A stretch of DNA of 64,000 nt. Source: Diplonema japonicum. Taxonomy: Eukaryota > Protista > Euglenozoa: Diplonemea. Under the pieces are notes generated by a model. It was not told the DNA's origin. It did no database searches and was given only the letters and a program-made list of their open reading frames with translations. Position 1 is the first letter of the stretch. Each line of letters begins with the position of its first letter. Location of the stretch: assembly GCA_964019335.1 (NCBI GenBank), contig OZ025738.1:124001-188000 (forward strand), given 5' to 3'. Positions 46,106-59,099 of the stretch are shown piece after piece. The translations under genes and the position numbers were made by a program.

Positions 46106-48697
46106 TCCACTTATGAACACGCCCCCCCCCTCCCCGCCGCGTGTCCCTTAGATCACAGATTCGTCTTAGCGAACCTTGGCCAGGAGTGGGGTGAGCCGCC
46201 AGCGCGCTCGTGCCAAGGAAAAAACATGTCACAACCTAGTGTACGCATCCGCCGGGTTCTCCCGGGACCTCACGTAGAACCCAGACACCTCGCTTTGCGC
46301 CTCCTCCGCGATCTCTCGGCCCTGGCACAGCATCTCGAGGCCTTCCGCCAAGCACCAAGAACGACAGTGCTGTCGATACCCACGTGAAGCACCACGTTCC
46401 GGAGACCCAACACCCGAAAAGCAAATTCTAGCAGTTCCAGCAGGGCATACATCTTCAATCGAGCAATGGCCGCTCCCGCCAAGGCTCGCGGTATACGTCC
46501 CCACCTGACGGTCTCTTCCCGTCGAGCATTAGCATGCAGCACCACCCCGTCAAGCTGGCATCCGTGAAGGCCTCGAGCCTTACTGTAGGTCGCTCGGCCC
46601 ACCGCTTCCATTCGTTCTGTCTCAACTCTTCGAAAGCGGCCCGCAACGCACGTTGCACCGACGCTGGTATCATTATGAGTGTAGTCCAAAAACCCGCTCG
46701 ACTAGCAGCATCGAGGTCCTTGCCTTTGCATACACCCGACATCCACCTAAGGATGGACTTGAACCTGAAAAGAGGGAGGGCCAGCGCATGAGCTCGCCAA
46801 AGTACAAGACCGCAGAGCCTCCACCACCTCCGAAGCTGTAGGGGTCTGTCAAACACGAAGCTCCTGAAACAGCCGGTGTTCGGGCAACCTCGGTTGCGTG
46901 TCCATCCACAACAGGAACTTGTCGATCTGCTTGTTCTGTGAACTTAAGACCAGGCTCTGGCCGCGACTGCTCAGGTCGGTTTTGCCCCCCACAAAGGGAA
47001 GCATCACCGAACCTTTCGGGGTGTCGTGATGTCCCTGCTCCACGTGCTTGACTAGGAGATTCTTCAAGTCGACCCACCGGCACACCGAAGCCAGCTGGAG
47101 GCTCAAGGCCCCCGCCAAGATGCCTCTCTTGGGGATCACCTCCTTCACTGCGGACATGGTCGGCACCCGGGCCATCTTGTCCTCGTGCGCGGAGTGGTCC
47201 GAGAGTTTTCGACTCAGGGATCGCCAAGAAGAAGTTGAAAAGGGGACCTCTCCGCCTGGCTGAAGTACGTCATATACTGCAGAGCCGAACTCGGGCTGAG
47301 GCGCTTCTCGTCGCGTAGACGCTGCACCCACATCGCAAAGCACATCTCCTTTGACAGGTGTGGCTGAATCCTCTGGAGTTGCTCGCGGAAGGCCTCCGAT
47401 CTTCGCATCACTGAGAGAAAAGCCTGACCCTTGTAAGCGGTGGACATCGTCTTTAGCGTGTTCTGCCGTAGCTCTGGAACTTCGCTCCCGTCGACAGAGT
47501 CCTTCTTGCGGATGGTTCCGCCACGGAGAAGATCGCTCCATGGGGAATCGGAAAGCGTTATAGTTGGAAGAGAGGAAGGAGGAGAGGGATTTTTTGATTG
47601 GGGAAGGAGGGGTTTGGGTTTCGGGGAGAGTGAGGCCGCGGCTCACTTTTTTGGAGTCGAGAAACTTCCCAACCTAGTCCCTCTTAGGGGTTCCACCTTG
47701 CCTGTTTCTCAACCTGTCTGCTTCCCTCTCCCTCTCCCGATCCTTCTTCAAGACCTCAAGCACGGCCTCCGTAGAGTTCATGTGCTTAAATGTAAGCCGT
47801 AGCTTTTTATCGGAGAAGTCCTCCCAGTGTGACCCGAAGAGATACCCCTCGTAAGCGCGGGCCTTCTGAATCCCGAGCCGGAAATTCTGGCCACACTCCG
47901 TGAGCACGCGCAGAGCTTCAAGCCGTAGCATGTAACTGTGCAGCGTCGGAAGTAGATCCTTAGACCATTTGCCTTCCTCGTCGCGAGCTACCCGTAGGTA
48001 GTGCCAGATCCGTGGCAACCCGCGTTGGCGTCACTCTCCGGCTTGTCCACGAAAGGACCGTAACGCAACGCGATCGCGGACAGGATTGCGTCTACCCCCG
48101 AAGGGCAATATCCAAGTAGGGGACCCACTCCACGACCCGCCGAATATCCAGGTCAAACGGGACCCTGGTCCTCTTCTCCTTGCGCAGAGCCGTTAATTCG
48201 GCCTCCAGCGCTTCATGCTTCAGGGCCATCGCGTCGTTCCTCGCCACCATCAGCTGCACCAAACGGCGTACCGTCGGATCAGCGTGGCTTTCCGCCTCCG
48301 TCAGCAAGTCTACCTCAGCGACCCCGCCAGTGTCCGTCATTTCCTCGCGCTCCTCGTCCTCCCCTTCCGCATGATCTGCCCCCTCGTCGGTGACAACTAA
48401 GTCAGCCCCATTGTCAACTTCCCAGCAACACGGAGGGCAAACCCAAAGCTCCTCTGAACTCGTGGGCAACTCGAAGCGCACCCGTAGGGCCTTCGTTTTC
48501 ATTTTTGCCCGTAGGCACTCGGGGGGTCCCCCACGCGTCCGCACCTCGCGCAATGGTTACCCAGATCATGGGCCCTGTCGCACGAGGGGAAGAACACACA
48601 GTCGTGACCGTGTTTCGGGGGTAGCCGAAGGAGGATATGTCGATGTCTCGACGTCCGTCCACTTAACCTTCCCTAGTTCGAACTCGTCCCTTGACAT
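46106..48697 (-). mobile_element. internally deleted VIPER/TATE/DIRS-like tyrosine-recombinase retroelement, flanked by a 21-bp direct repeat
   Basis: Order is gag-like (48553-47674), YR N-terminal part (SVCRWVDLKNL..GKTD), then RT thumb/RNase H (FTDASLTGW, IARLKMYA, IDSTVV, YVRSRENPADAYTR). TTTGTTTGTGCGCACGAGCGG at 46085-46105 and 48698-48718. Confidence 0.8.
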
Positions 48698-48834
48698 TTT
48701 GTTTGTGCGCACGAGCGGAATTTTACCTAATAAAATAGCTCATTACGCTGCCATCAACTAGTTTTTAGTCTCGACAATAATATTGTTAAAACAAAAACAA
48801 AAAAAAATAAAAACAAAAAGATTCTGAAGAGATT

Positions 48835-49986
48835 CTAAGTATTTTGTATTCTTACCCCCGCTGGCGCCTGAGCCCTCAAGAGCCAGCTTAAAGTAACACT
48901 GCCCCCTCTGAAAACGATGGTTTTTAGTTTTCCGCATCTCGACAAGAGACCATCACCAATGGAGGAAAGATTGGTCATCGAGCTCAAGTCGAGGGTTTCT
49001 AGTTTGCTGCACCCTAACAAGAACTCATGACCAATGGAGGAAAGATTGGTCATGGAGCTCAAATCGATGGTTTCCAGCTTTTCACACCCAGACAAGAAGA
49101 GAGAACTAATTGAAAAAAGATTTGCCATCGAACTCAAGTCGATGGCTTCTAGGTTGTAGCAGTCGGACAAGAAGCAAGAACCTATGGAATTAAGATTAGT
49201 CATCGAACTTAAGTCGATGGTCCGTAGCCTCTCGCACTCCGACAAGAAGCAAGAACCTATGGAATTAAGATTGGTCATCAAACTCAGGTCGATAGATACG
49301 AGCTCGCCGCACCCAAACAAGAAGTGAGAACCAATGGAAGAGAGATTGACCATCCCACTTAAATTGATAGTTACTAGACTGCTGCACCCTGACAAGAAGG
49401 CCACGCCAATGGCAGACAGATTGGTCATCGCATTCAAGTTGACGTTTCCCATCTTATCGCACCCTCTTAAAAAGTCATCACCAATGGTAGAAACATTGGG
49501 GAGGATGAGATCAACAGACGTCAAGCTGTAGCAATTCTGAAGAAACCTATCGTCTATACTTGTAACACAGCCTGTGGAGTCGGTGACAACGAGGAACCGA
49601 AGTCCAGAAGGGAAGTCCTTCTTGCACATTTCGACAGCTGGCGAGTCCCCTACCTCCACCACCAGAACCAGCTCAGGGTCAGCTGACACAAGACCCTCAA
49701 GCTCAGAAAAAACCACTTCTGAGGTCTTAAGCTCCTCCAGACGAACGGTTCTCATCTTCTTCGCCTCCACATGGACCACGGAGCCCTCCACGAGCCCAAC
49801 TTCCTGAAGCTCTTCACCGCCGTTCCTGTCAAGGACCTCACCCTCCCAAACCAGTTTGAACTTGCCTTCGAGTAAACCAGCAGCACACGCTGCCTTCTTG
49901 TACAGGCTCCCCACCGCCTCCTTCCCCGACACTTCCACATCGTGAACCCCGCCTCCCGTCTTCACGAACACTGTCATATCGTTCAT
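48835..49986 (-). CDS. Ubl-domain + BspA-like LRR protein
   Basis: MTVFVKT..DVEVSG..FKLVWEGEVL..GLVEGSVVHV plus 25-aa IDLSSMTNLSSIGxxFLSGC repeats. Confidence 0.9.
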   Translation of the reverse strand: MNDMTVFVKTGGGVHDVEVSGKEAVGSLYKKAACAAGLLEGKFKLVWEGEVLDRNGGEELQEVGLVEGSVVHVEAKKMRTVRLEELKTSEVVFSELEGLVSADPELVLVVEVGDSPAVEMCKKDFPSGLRFLVVTDSTGCVTSIDDRFLQNCYSLTSVDLILPNVSTIGDDFLRGCDKMGNVNLNAMTNLSAIGVAFLSGCSSLVTINLSGMVNLSSIGSHFLFGCGELVSIDLSLMTNLNSIGSCFLSECERLRTIDLSSMTNLNSIGSCFLSDCYNLEAIDLSSMANLFSISSLFLSGCEKLETIDLSSMTNLSSIGHEFLLGCSKLETLDLSSMTNLSSIGDGLLSRCGKLKTIVFRGGSVTLSWLLRAQAPAGVRIQNT

Positions 49987-50522
49987 TTTTTTCTTTTTTT
50001 CTGGTTATGTGTTTCTGTTTTTTTTTGTTTGTTCTGTTTTCTCCCAAGCCCTATCTTGTTAAGCAAATAGGATCGCTTTTCGGGCTTTTGTTTCTTTTTC
50101 TCTTGGTGGCGGAATGAAACCTAAAAATCAAAAGAAAAATAAAAGTAGGAATAGAAATAAGAAAAATAAAAATAAAAATGGGGCTTTGATTGCAACACTA
50201 AGTGGCGTTAAGCGTGCAACGAAGCACGAACTATCTACTTGATTACAGGGTGTTATGTCCACCACATAAAAACTCTATCTACTTCATTACAGGGTGTTGT
50301 TCATTCGCCGGACACTCTTTCTTTCCTTTTTATTCACAACACAAGAAAAAGGTAAAGGGAAAACAACTATCCATATCAAATAATCAATTTCTTTTGGCTA
50401 CTGCGGGCGCCGGACCTTAGTATCCATTTTTTCATTTCTTTTCACGTTATCGGGTGGGGAAAGTTCATTGAGGGCTTGCTTTTCTTTCTTTTTTTCCTTT
50501 TATTTTTCTTCTTTTTTTATAA

Positions 50523-50845
50523 TCACGTTATAGGGGTGGGAAAAAGTTTGTTCAGGGGGCTTTTTATTGTATTCTTTTATTCACACTGCTGCGTCTGATT
50601 GGCCGGGGGTAGGTAGGTTCTCTGCTTCTGCGAGAAACAGGATTGTACACTCTCTTGGGGATCAGGGATGGGATCTTGGGATTCTGATTAAATATCATAA
50701 GTGCCTCAGCCACCTTCTGATTGGCATGCTACTTCGGCAGGTTAGTTGGTTGTTGTAGAGTTGCTGCGGAGGGGGCAGGTCCCCAGTGTCTTCAAGTTAT
50801 TAGATTGCTTTTCGTGGGTTCTCCACAAGGATGTGTCTCAGCGTC
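50523..50845 (-). mobile_element. Ingi/I-like LINE 3' fragment (copy of 6857-7110)
   Basis: Direct DNA similarity to 6857-7110. Confidence 0.65.
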
Positions 50846-51000
50846 TGATAGGTCGGCTGCTGTGGTAGGGGGTAGGTCCTCTGCTCGCCGAGAAACAGGA
50901 TCGTTACAGGAACGTTACCCGGACACTCTTTCTTTCTTTTTTTCACGAACACAAGAAAAAGCAGGAAAACATCTATATCCCCGTACGGGGTGAAAAGGTG

Positions 51001-54000
51001 CTACAACTCACATTTCATTCTACGTTGATATTGTACTGCTTCGAGCGCCATCTTCACATCATCATTATGATCAGCCTTTCCTTCAGTGATGAGGATATTT
51101 AATGCATCAGCGTGTCCACTAAGAGCTGCCACGATACACGGGGTAACACCGTTGCTTTCCCTCCGTGATGATGATGCGTAATAAGTCGGCGCGTCCATTC
51201 TTAGCCGCCATGAAACACGGGGTAATACTGTCGTTGTTGGCCTTGTTCACATCTGCCTTTCCCTCCGTGATGAGGATACGTAATGCATCAGCGTGTCCAT
51301 TGTGAGCCGCCACGAAACACGGGGTAATACTGTCGTCGTCGGCCTCGTTCACATCTGCCTTTCCTTCCGTGATGAGTATACGTAATGCGTCAGCATGTCC
51401 ATTCTTAGCCGCCATGAAACACGGGGTAGCACCTTTGTTGTTGGCCTTGTTCACATCTGCCTTTCCTTCCGTGATGAGGATACGTAATGCGTCAGCGTGT
51501 CCATTTTGAGCCGCCATGAAACAAGGGGTAATACTGTTGTTGTTGGCCTTGTTCGCATCTGCCTTTCCCTCCGTGATAAGGATACGTAATGCATCAGCGT
51601 GTCCATAATGAGCCGCCAAGAAACACGGGGTAGCACCGATCCTGTTGGCCCTGTTCACGTTTGTCTTTCCCTCCGTGATGAGGATACGTAATGCATCAGC
51701 GTGTCCATTCTTAGCCGCCATGATACACGGGGTATTACCTTTGTAGCTGAACTTGTTCACATCTGTTTTTCCTTCAGTGATGAGGATGTGCAATGCGCCA
51801 GCGTGCCCATTCTGAGCCGCAATGAAACACGGGGTAGCACCGGTCGTTTTTGCCTTGTTCACATCTGCCGTTCCCTCCGTGATGAGGATACGTAATGAGT
51901 CAGCGTGTCCATTATGAGCCGCCACGAAACACGGGGTAATACTGTTGTTGTTCGACTTATTCACATCTGCCTTTCCCTCCGTGATGAGGAGTACGTAATG
52001 AGTCAGCGTGTCCATTCTGAGCCGCTATGAAACACGGGGTAGCACCTTTGTTGTTGACCTTGTTCACATCTGCCTTTCCTTCCGTGATGAGGATACGAAT
52101 GAGTCAGCATGTCCATTCTGAGCCGCCATGTGACACGGGGTAAAACCATTGTTGTCGGCCTTGTTCACATCAGGTTTTCCTTCCTTGATGAGGAAGCGTA
52201 ATGAGTCGATGTGGCCTTCTTGAGCCGCTTTTGAACACGGGGGTAGCACCGTCATTCGTGGTGTGGTTCACATCAACCTTTCCTTCCGTGATGAGGGTGT
52301 GCAATGCGTCCACGCAGTCGCGTTCAGCGGCGACAGAGCACGCAGTGCCGCCAGAGGCATCCACCGTATCCGCCGCCAGCCTCCCAGAGAGGAGGATATC
52401 CCACAGAAGGTCAGCCCGATTCCTTGCGGCCGCCGCATGAAGCACTGTCCACCCTTTACGTGGTCCCTCTTCCTCGTTCGCTCCCCAGAACATGTCGCCG
52501 AGTACCTGCACCACCTTGTCGAACACAGCCAGCTTGCAAGAACACGCAAGAAGCCCGACACCTGCTGTGTGAAGATACTTTGGTACCCCAGCAAGGTCCG
52601 CTCCCTTGCTCAGCAGAACTACCGCACTCTTCTCGTGGCTCCTGTCCTTGTTCATCCGCAACACTGCTGAGAGCGAAGCGTTCAGAGCCTCAGAGTGAGC
52701 TATAGGTGACAGGTTGGCACAGCACAGCGACACCACTGCTCGTTGTGCTCCAACTCTGCCGCCTCCTGAAGAACCGTCTTGCCGACTTCCACAACAGGCA
52801 TTGCCGTGCTGAGCGGGTAGTCTACAAACCTTCCTTCACGTGTCACCGGATGGAGTTCAAAGCTTTTGTTTATCGTGAGCTTCGTCTTGATCGTATCGAG
52901 GAGCTTCGCGTTGCGGACACGCTCCACCTGTGTCATGACGTCTCCAAGCCTGCCCCAGTGATAGAAGTCGATTTCCTGCAGCTCCACCACAACCACGCGA
53001 CGCATGCTTGTGTCGAGAGCCACCTCCAGCAGACGCATCACACCGATGTCAGGGCGACCCACCACCCGGAACTGGGTGTTCGCTGCGATCAGAACCTCCT
53101 TCTCCTCGGGGAAGCGGCTGAACCGGGCGATCCTCCGCCCAGTCTTAACCCGAAGAATGAGGATCGTCCCCCGAACCTCTTCGTCCCGACCGCACCCACC
53201 CGTCGTCCCAAGGAAGTCCCTCACCACCTCAGGGTCCTCACTTGCACTCGTGGGGTGCGGCATCGTCACCACTGCCCCCACAGAGTACAGCGACTCACTC
53301 ACCCGGAAGTCGATTGCACGGAACACGGTCCCCTCGTACTTCGGCTGCGACATCATTGCTCGGTGCAGGGAATAGGCGAAGTCCTTCATCGGCTCGTAGC
53401 GCCCCTGCTCCTGCTCCCCGTGGAACGCCAGGTCACGCATCGCCGCGTTCACCCCGTAGCACAAGGGGCTCTCCAGAGTGTACAGCCGAAGGTACGGCTC
53501 CGACTCCCCTCCACCTGCTGCACCGCCCACTTCGCAGCAAACTTCACATCACTCCTCGCAGTCATCGCACTCCCCATCGCAGCCTCCACCGTCGCCAGTA
53601 TCGGCCTTGCACACGACGCACCTTTGAAGAACTCGCTCCACCCTCGGTCCACCTCGATCTCGCCGACCCCGTCGCTGTACCGGCTCACTACTCCCTCGTT
53701 CGCTGCCACCACCCTTCCTCCAGCCACCTTTTTTATTTATTATTTTACTTTTCTACTTTTTCTTTTTATTCCTTGAACGCTTTCGCCGCTTTCAGAAGCT
53801 CTTCACGCGCCTCCGACATCAGTGATAACACGCAGTCCCCCACACCGCGCTTCAGGAACTCCTGCATCACAGCAATCACGCTGTGGCACAGTGCGTCGTG
53901 CCACTTCCCCATCGCCGTGTCCAGCTCCACCTCGATGGTGGTGGTTGCTGTACCCCCCACGCTGCTCGCCAACTGCCCACGCAGCTGCACCACCGCTTCC

Positions 54001-54035
54001 CACGCTATTTTCACAGCTCCCTCTCCCACTGTCAT
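51001..54035 (-). pseudogene. NAD:arginine ADP-ribosyltransferase (R-S-E) + ankyrin-repeat gene, frameshifted
   Basis: LRLYTLES..VNAAMR..YEGTVFRA..PTSAS..GTILIL..GRRIARFSRFPEEKEVLI..TQFRV followed by ITEGKADVN ankyrin repeats; several frameshifts; 44-nt intron-like insert at 53728-53771. Confidence 0.8.
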
Positions 54036-54489
54036 GGTTTCTTCTTCTTTTCTTTGTTGATAATTGCAGGTAGCTGAAATGATTTTAAGTTAGAATAGAG
54101 AAGCGGAGAAATAGATAAAAAGGGGTGGAAAAGAATAAATACTGCATACGAAAACAGAGAGTCGAATATAAAGGGAAAAAGGTGACTGACATCCTTCTGT
54201 GTGGATGTATGTTGTGAACATGTGAACAAACAAACTTTTTTTTTTTTAAATCTAACTCGTAAATGAGTCGCATTGTTGCTCTTGGGACGCTTCTAAGACC
54301 TGTGCCCTCACACGTATGTAAGGGTTCCCCTGCTGCTTCGTTTCCCACAGGCTTTTGTGGCTATTGTCTCCTATTTTTGCTTATTGAATCCCCGAGGCAC
54401 CACCCCAGGGTCTTCTTTTTTTTTTTGTTTTTTTTTTTTTTTTTCCAACAGAAGGGGGTAGGGGGGGGAGTAAATCAATCTTGTTCCCT

Positions 54490-55490
54490 CTTTTCCTTTT
54501 ACACTGTACTGGGTGGTGTGGTTCTTCTACCTGACCTTTCGGCTGCCTTGATCGGCTTTGCCATGACACTGCGGCCGGCGGATTTTGTTCGTGTTCTTTT
54601 CTTTTTGTGCTCTATTTGGACGCGATCTCTTCTTTTTTGTGTTCCAACTCTATGGTGCTCTCTAAAAACCTTACTGTGCTCTTCGGCTCCGTTAGCAGCG
54701 CATACTCGAGGGTTTTCTCTTGGAAGTGGTCTTCCCTTTCTTTTGCTGTCGCCGGGCATTCTAGCAGTAAATGCTCCAGCATCTTCTTTGCCCTCTTATC
54801 GCAGCGGGTACAATCTCGCGTTCTGTTTCCGTCTTCTCGATCTTTTATGATGGGGTGGTGTCCTGTCTTCAGACGGTTGATGGTGACCTCCTCCCTTCTG
54901 TCCAGTCCTACCATCCTCTTTGGAGCGTCCTTTCCTTGCGTTATCTTGTGGTAGACTGACTCTTTGCACATCTCGCTCTTCCATTTTGCGAATTCCTCTT
55001 TTGCCAAGCACCGCAGGTAATTCTTCGCTGCTGCTGAGCTCTTGCGTGTACTCCTGCTTGGTGCCTTCTCGTGCGAGGGTATCCGCTGTCTCGTTTCCCT
55101 CCACCCCGCAGTGGCTGGGTATGTAGCAGCAGGTTATGCGGTTCCCTCTCTTCAGCAGCTCGTGCAGGTGGTTCAGACCCTGTTCGTAATGCTTTCTGGT
55201 TGTCGTGCTGGCCCCTGCTTCAATTTCTGCAGACAAGACATCGAGTCTGTCAGGATGTTGATCTGCACATTGTTCTTTCCGGTCTTTAACAGCTGGATGA
55301 GTGCTTCCTCCATCGCCGTGAGTTCTGCTTGGAAGCTATCGCATGAGCTGCACACCCCTTTGCTGATTTTTATCTGTTCGCCTTCCATTTGTATGTTCAC
55401 GCCTGCACCCCCGTCCCCCTTCTCCACGGATCCGTCCGTGTACACGGTTATCGGGGGTGTGAAATGCTTACTGAGGATATCTTCGTTTTT
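54490..55490 (-). mobile_element. 5'-truncated Ingi/I-type LINE with RNase H and Zn finger
   Basis: YTDGS..AELTAM..LTDSMS..YIPSHCGVEGNETADTLA..RLKTGH..CTRC..EHLLLECP, with frameshifts. Confidence 0.88.
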
Positions 55491-55646
55491 TTTCTCGGGG
55501 GGAGGGGGGCTTTCTTATGTAGATGAGCGAAGGGGAAGCTGAACGGGTGTCAGGAAACGATGCAACACTCTTTACTTTTACAGGTTGCTTGCCTCACAGG
55601 AGGGCCGCGGAACTTTGCTGGTTGCTCCTCCTGTTGTGCTGGTTGC

Positions 55647-58568
55647 TCAGGGCACTCCTGTACCCCTAGTCTGAGGAATTCCACAACATCTTCTCTGTGT
55701 TCCACTGCCTGAAAGAAAACAGCTGCCGACGGTGGTGACATTGCGAAGGGGGCTCAGATCAATTGTTTTCAACAACTCGCAGTTGAGGAGAAACCCATGG
55801 CCAACCGACTGAATGTCCCACAAAGGACCCACATCCACAGTTGTTGGGACGGTGCATTCTGAGAGGAAATAGTCGACCCGAGATGTACGAGTAAAGGTGT
55901 TGTGCAGGGGGCTCAGATCGATAGATTTTAAAGAAGCACAACGAGACATGAAACAACTGTGGTTCATCCAGGTCACATTCTGCAAGGGGCTCAGATCGAC
56001 AGAAGCCAACGACTTGAGGCCACTGAGAAAAGAGGAGCCGACGGTGGTGACCTTGCGAAGGGGGCTCAGATCAACAGTCTTCAGAGAGGCCCCCAATAGA
56101 GGTTGTCGCACCGTTGCCCAGGACCTTGAGGTGCCGAAGCTTCGAGGGAAGCTTGCTTGTGAGCCTGTCATCAAGACAGTCCAGACCAGTGACATCCACA
56201 GCAAGAGGAAGCTCTTGATCCTCCTCAAGAAGCCTTGCAATCTCCATTTTTCGACTCGAGAGCTCCACATGACTGACATCAAGTGTTTTATTATGAATAC
56301 CGCACAAGAGAAGCTCGCTCCCCTGCCCCATCCCAAGCTGCTGGATCTCCTGCTCCTCCCCACCACCGCCAGATGTCCCATCATTATCCACAACACCTTC
56401 GAAGTGCAAGGAACATCCCCTCCTCTAAAGCAGAAGCCTTTGGTAAACGTTCTTCTTCTTTCAATCGATTGTTATATGTACTTATAAAATATAAAATATA
56501 GCGCGCATTCGACGACACTGATCAAGCGACTGGCACCTTCCGAAGAAGGGCCTCCCACGTCCGCCGGGTTGAGCAGAGGATGCCCCGGGGCGGCCGTTCC
56601 AGTCTGATCATGTCGCACTATATATATGTTCTCATCTCCAAGGAGAAAAGAGGTTTTTTGCCCTCGTAGCTCGCCGGGCCAGCTCTCTTACTTGCGTAAG
56701 GTCTTCGTGGTTCTTGGGGGGTGGCGCTGTCCCACATTATGCCACTGCAGCGTGGTGAAGAACAGCCAGTTAGTGGCCACGAAGTAGTGATCCTTCAAGG
56801 CTCTCATATCTCCGTGCCGCGTGAACTGCTGCCGTCTCTCGACGTCCCCCTTCGCCTTCCAGCCTTCCGAGTCATACCTGGCCATGATCCACGTCTTGTC
56901 AAAGTCCAGGATGAGGGCGAACCGGACAAACTTCATGTGAATCCCGAGTTCCTTCGCGGTTTTAGGCTCTTCGCCGAGCACGTGTTTGCAGACCCGTATC
57001 ATGGCTTCTGGCGTCCACTCCCCTTCCGCTTCGACGATCCCGGCCGTCGCCAGTTTCGTGTGGGAGAGCTTATCTTCCAGACCCGCTCGATGTTCTTCAG
57101 CCAGGGCGTGAACGGCGGCCTTGCCCGACCGTCGGTTCGCCCTGAGGAGGTCCAAGCGGTCTTTCTTCTTTGCGGGCTCCGCTTGTCCGTCGCACAACTG
57201 CCCGCGCTTCGCGCTCTTGGACCGCCATTTGACGAGCAGAGGTGGCGCTGGTGCACGATCTGTGCTGGTCCTTACCAGCTTGGTGTCGTGGCCAAGGTAC
57301 ACGTCCGGGCATGCGCCTCCCTTTCGCTTCTTCTTGTGGTGGCTTGCGAGGGGCGGGGCGGGGCTGGGGCTGAGTGTGGGGCCAGGGCTTCGTCGCCGTC
57401 GTGGGTAGTGAGGCATGCCAGTTCCAGCTCCTCCGTCCGTGGCGCAGGTTCCTCCGTTTCCGATGGCGGGGTCGAGGTCGGGGCAGAGACTTTGTCGCCG
57501 TCGTCGCCAGTCAGGTCTATGACCACCCTTTCATTTCCTTGTGCCTCCTGTGGTGTAGGCTCTGTTTTTATCGATGTCGGGGTCGAGATTGGGGCAGAGG
57601 CCACGTCGTCGTCGCCGGTCAGGTCTATGACCACCTTCAAATTTCTCTGTGCCTCATCGGTCCCCCGTGGGGCAGGTCTCGCTGATTGAGGATGGGGGTC
57701 GTCGTCTGTTTGCGTCGACTCTGTGGGTGGTGGCTCCAGCATGTACATGTCCCCCTGTGGGGGAGGAGGAGGTTCCGTCGCAGCAGTCAAATCCGCGGGT
57801 GGCTCCAGCATGTACATGTCTCTGCTGTGCTGTGTCAGCTCCGGCATGTACAGGTCGTCTGTAGCCGACAGACCGGCCAGGGGTGAGAATCGTTCTGGGG
57901 TGCGAGGGAAACACGCGGTCGTTGCGCTGTGTGCGCGTCCCGGTTGTGATCCGGGGCTTGACGTGCGACCTCTCGTGATGCCCCCACGACCTCGTTGGTG
58001 CCCCGGGACATCGGTCCACAGCAGACTCTGATGGACAGTCGTCGTTGTCCGCGTAAAAGAAGAAGAAGCAGAAAAAGAAGGAGGAGAAGTAGAAGTGCCC
58101 CGTCCTGACGCAGTCCTGCTACTGCTTTGCATCTGTCGTTGCGACATCGTCGTCAGAGCTAATTGCACCCAGGGCTCCGCTGTCGTCAAGAGGGGTGGTG
58201 GGGCGACCGCCTCCGTTGAGGGCTCGGGTTGCACCCATGTCGTCGATCCATGCTGCCCCAGAGGTTCAGACAGGTCCATCTGCACGGGGACTGGGTCTGT
58301 AACGGGGAGGGCATCAGCTTCGGGTAACGGGTCCGAGGCGAGGACCGGGTCAGACGCGGGGACCGGGTCTCTGGTGGAGGCTGCGCCTGATGTAGGAACC
58401 GGGTCTGCGGAGGGGATCGGACTAGAAGCGTGGACCGGGCCTGTGGTCCTCTAAAGCAGAAGCCTCTGCCGCCTTCCTGTACAGGTCCTTCACCCTGTCA
58501 AACCCAGACAGCTCCACCTCGTGCACCACATCCTCGTCGGCAGTCCTGATCAACACTGCGAGGCTCAT
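55647..58568 (-). pseudogene. Ubl-LRR pseudogene split by a LINE insertion
   Basis: MSLAVLIRTADEDVVHEVELSG..VKDLYRKAAEAS (58568-58447) resumes at 56439; VDLSPLRNVTTVG repeats; frameshifts. Confidence 0.8.
56440..58446 (-). mobile_element. 5'-truncated family D retroelement with 19-bp TSD
   Basis: TCCTCTAAAGCAGAAGCCT at 56421-56439 and 58447-58465; the 3' 280 bp is shared with 24395-24677. Confidence 0.88.
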
Positions 58569-59099
58569 GTTTTTGTGTTTTCTATTCCTTTCTTTTCAGC
58601 TTTGAATATCGTTGTAGTAAATATGTCGTAAGTCCCCAGTCCTCAGAAAGTAAAGAAAGGCAACTGATATTGCAAGTGGGAATCAGTTTTTGTCTGTTTT
58701 AAAACGAGAATCACAGAGTTGCTCTGCGGGTAACAGTGGCCTGCAATATTGATATTCCTTCGGCTACTTCCTTCTTGTGTTTGGTAGTGGTGAACGATGT
58801 TTAGGGGTATCATCTACCACTTAAAAAGGTGAGCCGAGGGAGAGGGAACAAGGGTTTAAAATCTTCTTTTGCAACACGTGCCTTCAACGTCTACCCAACC
58901 ACGCCAATAGAAAACAAAAACAACAACAACAGAAGAAACGGTCGAGATTACGCAAAGCGCTACAGTCCTCCACACCACCCCTATCCCGTTTCCCTCATCG
59001 TTCTCTCCTCCTCGTCCACCACCACCACTACCACCAGCAACAGCATCATGAGGGGTGGTTCTCTTCCTCAAGACACTAACCGGTTCAACATTCAGCCAC

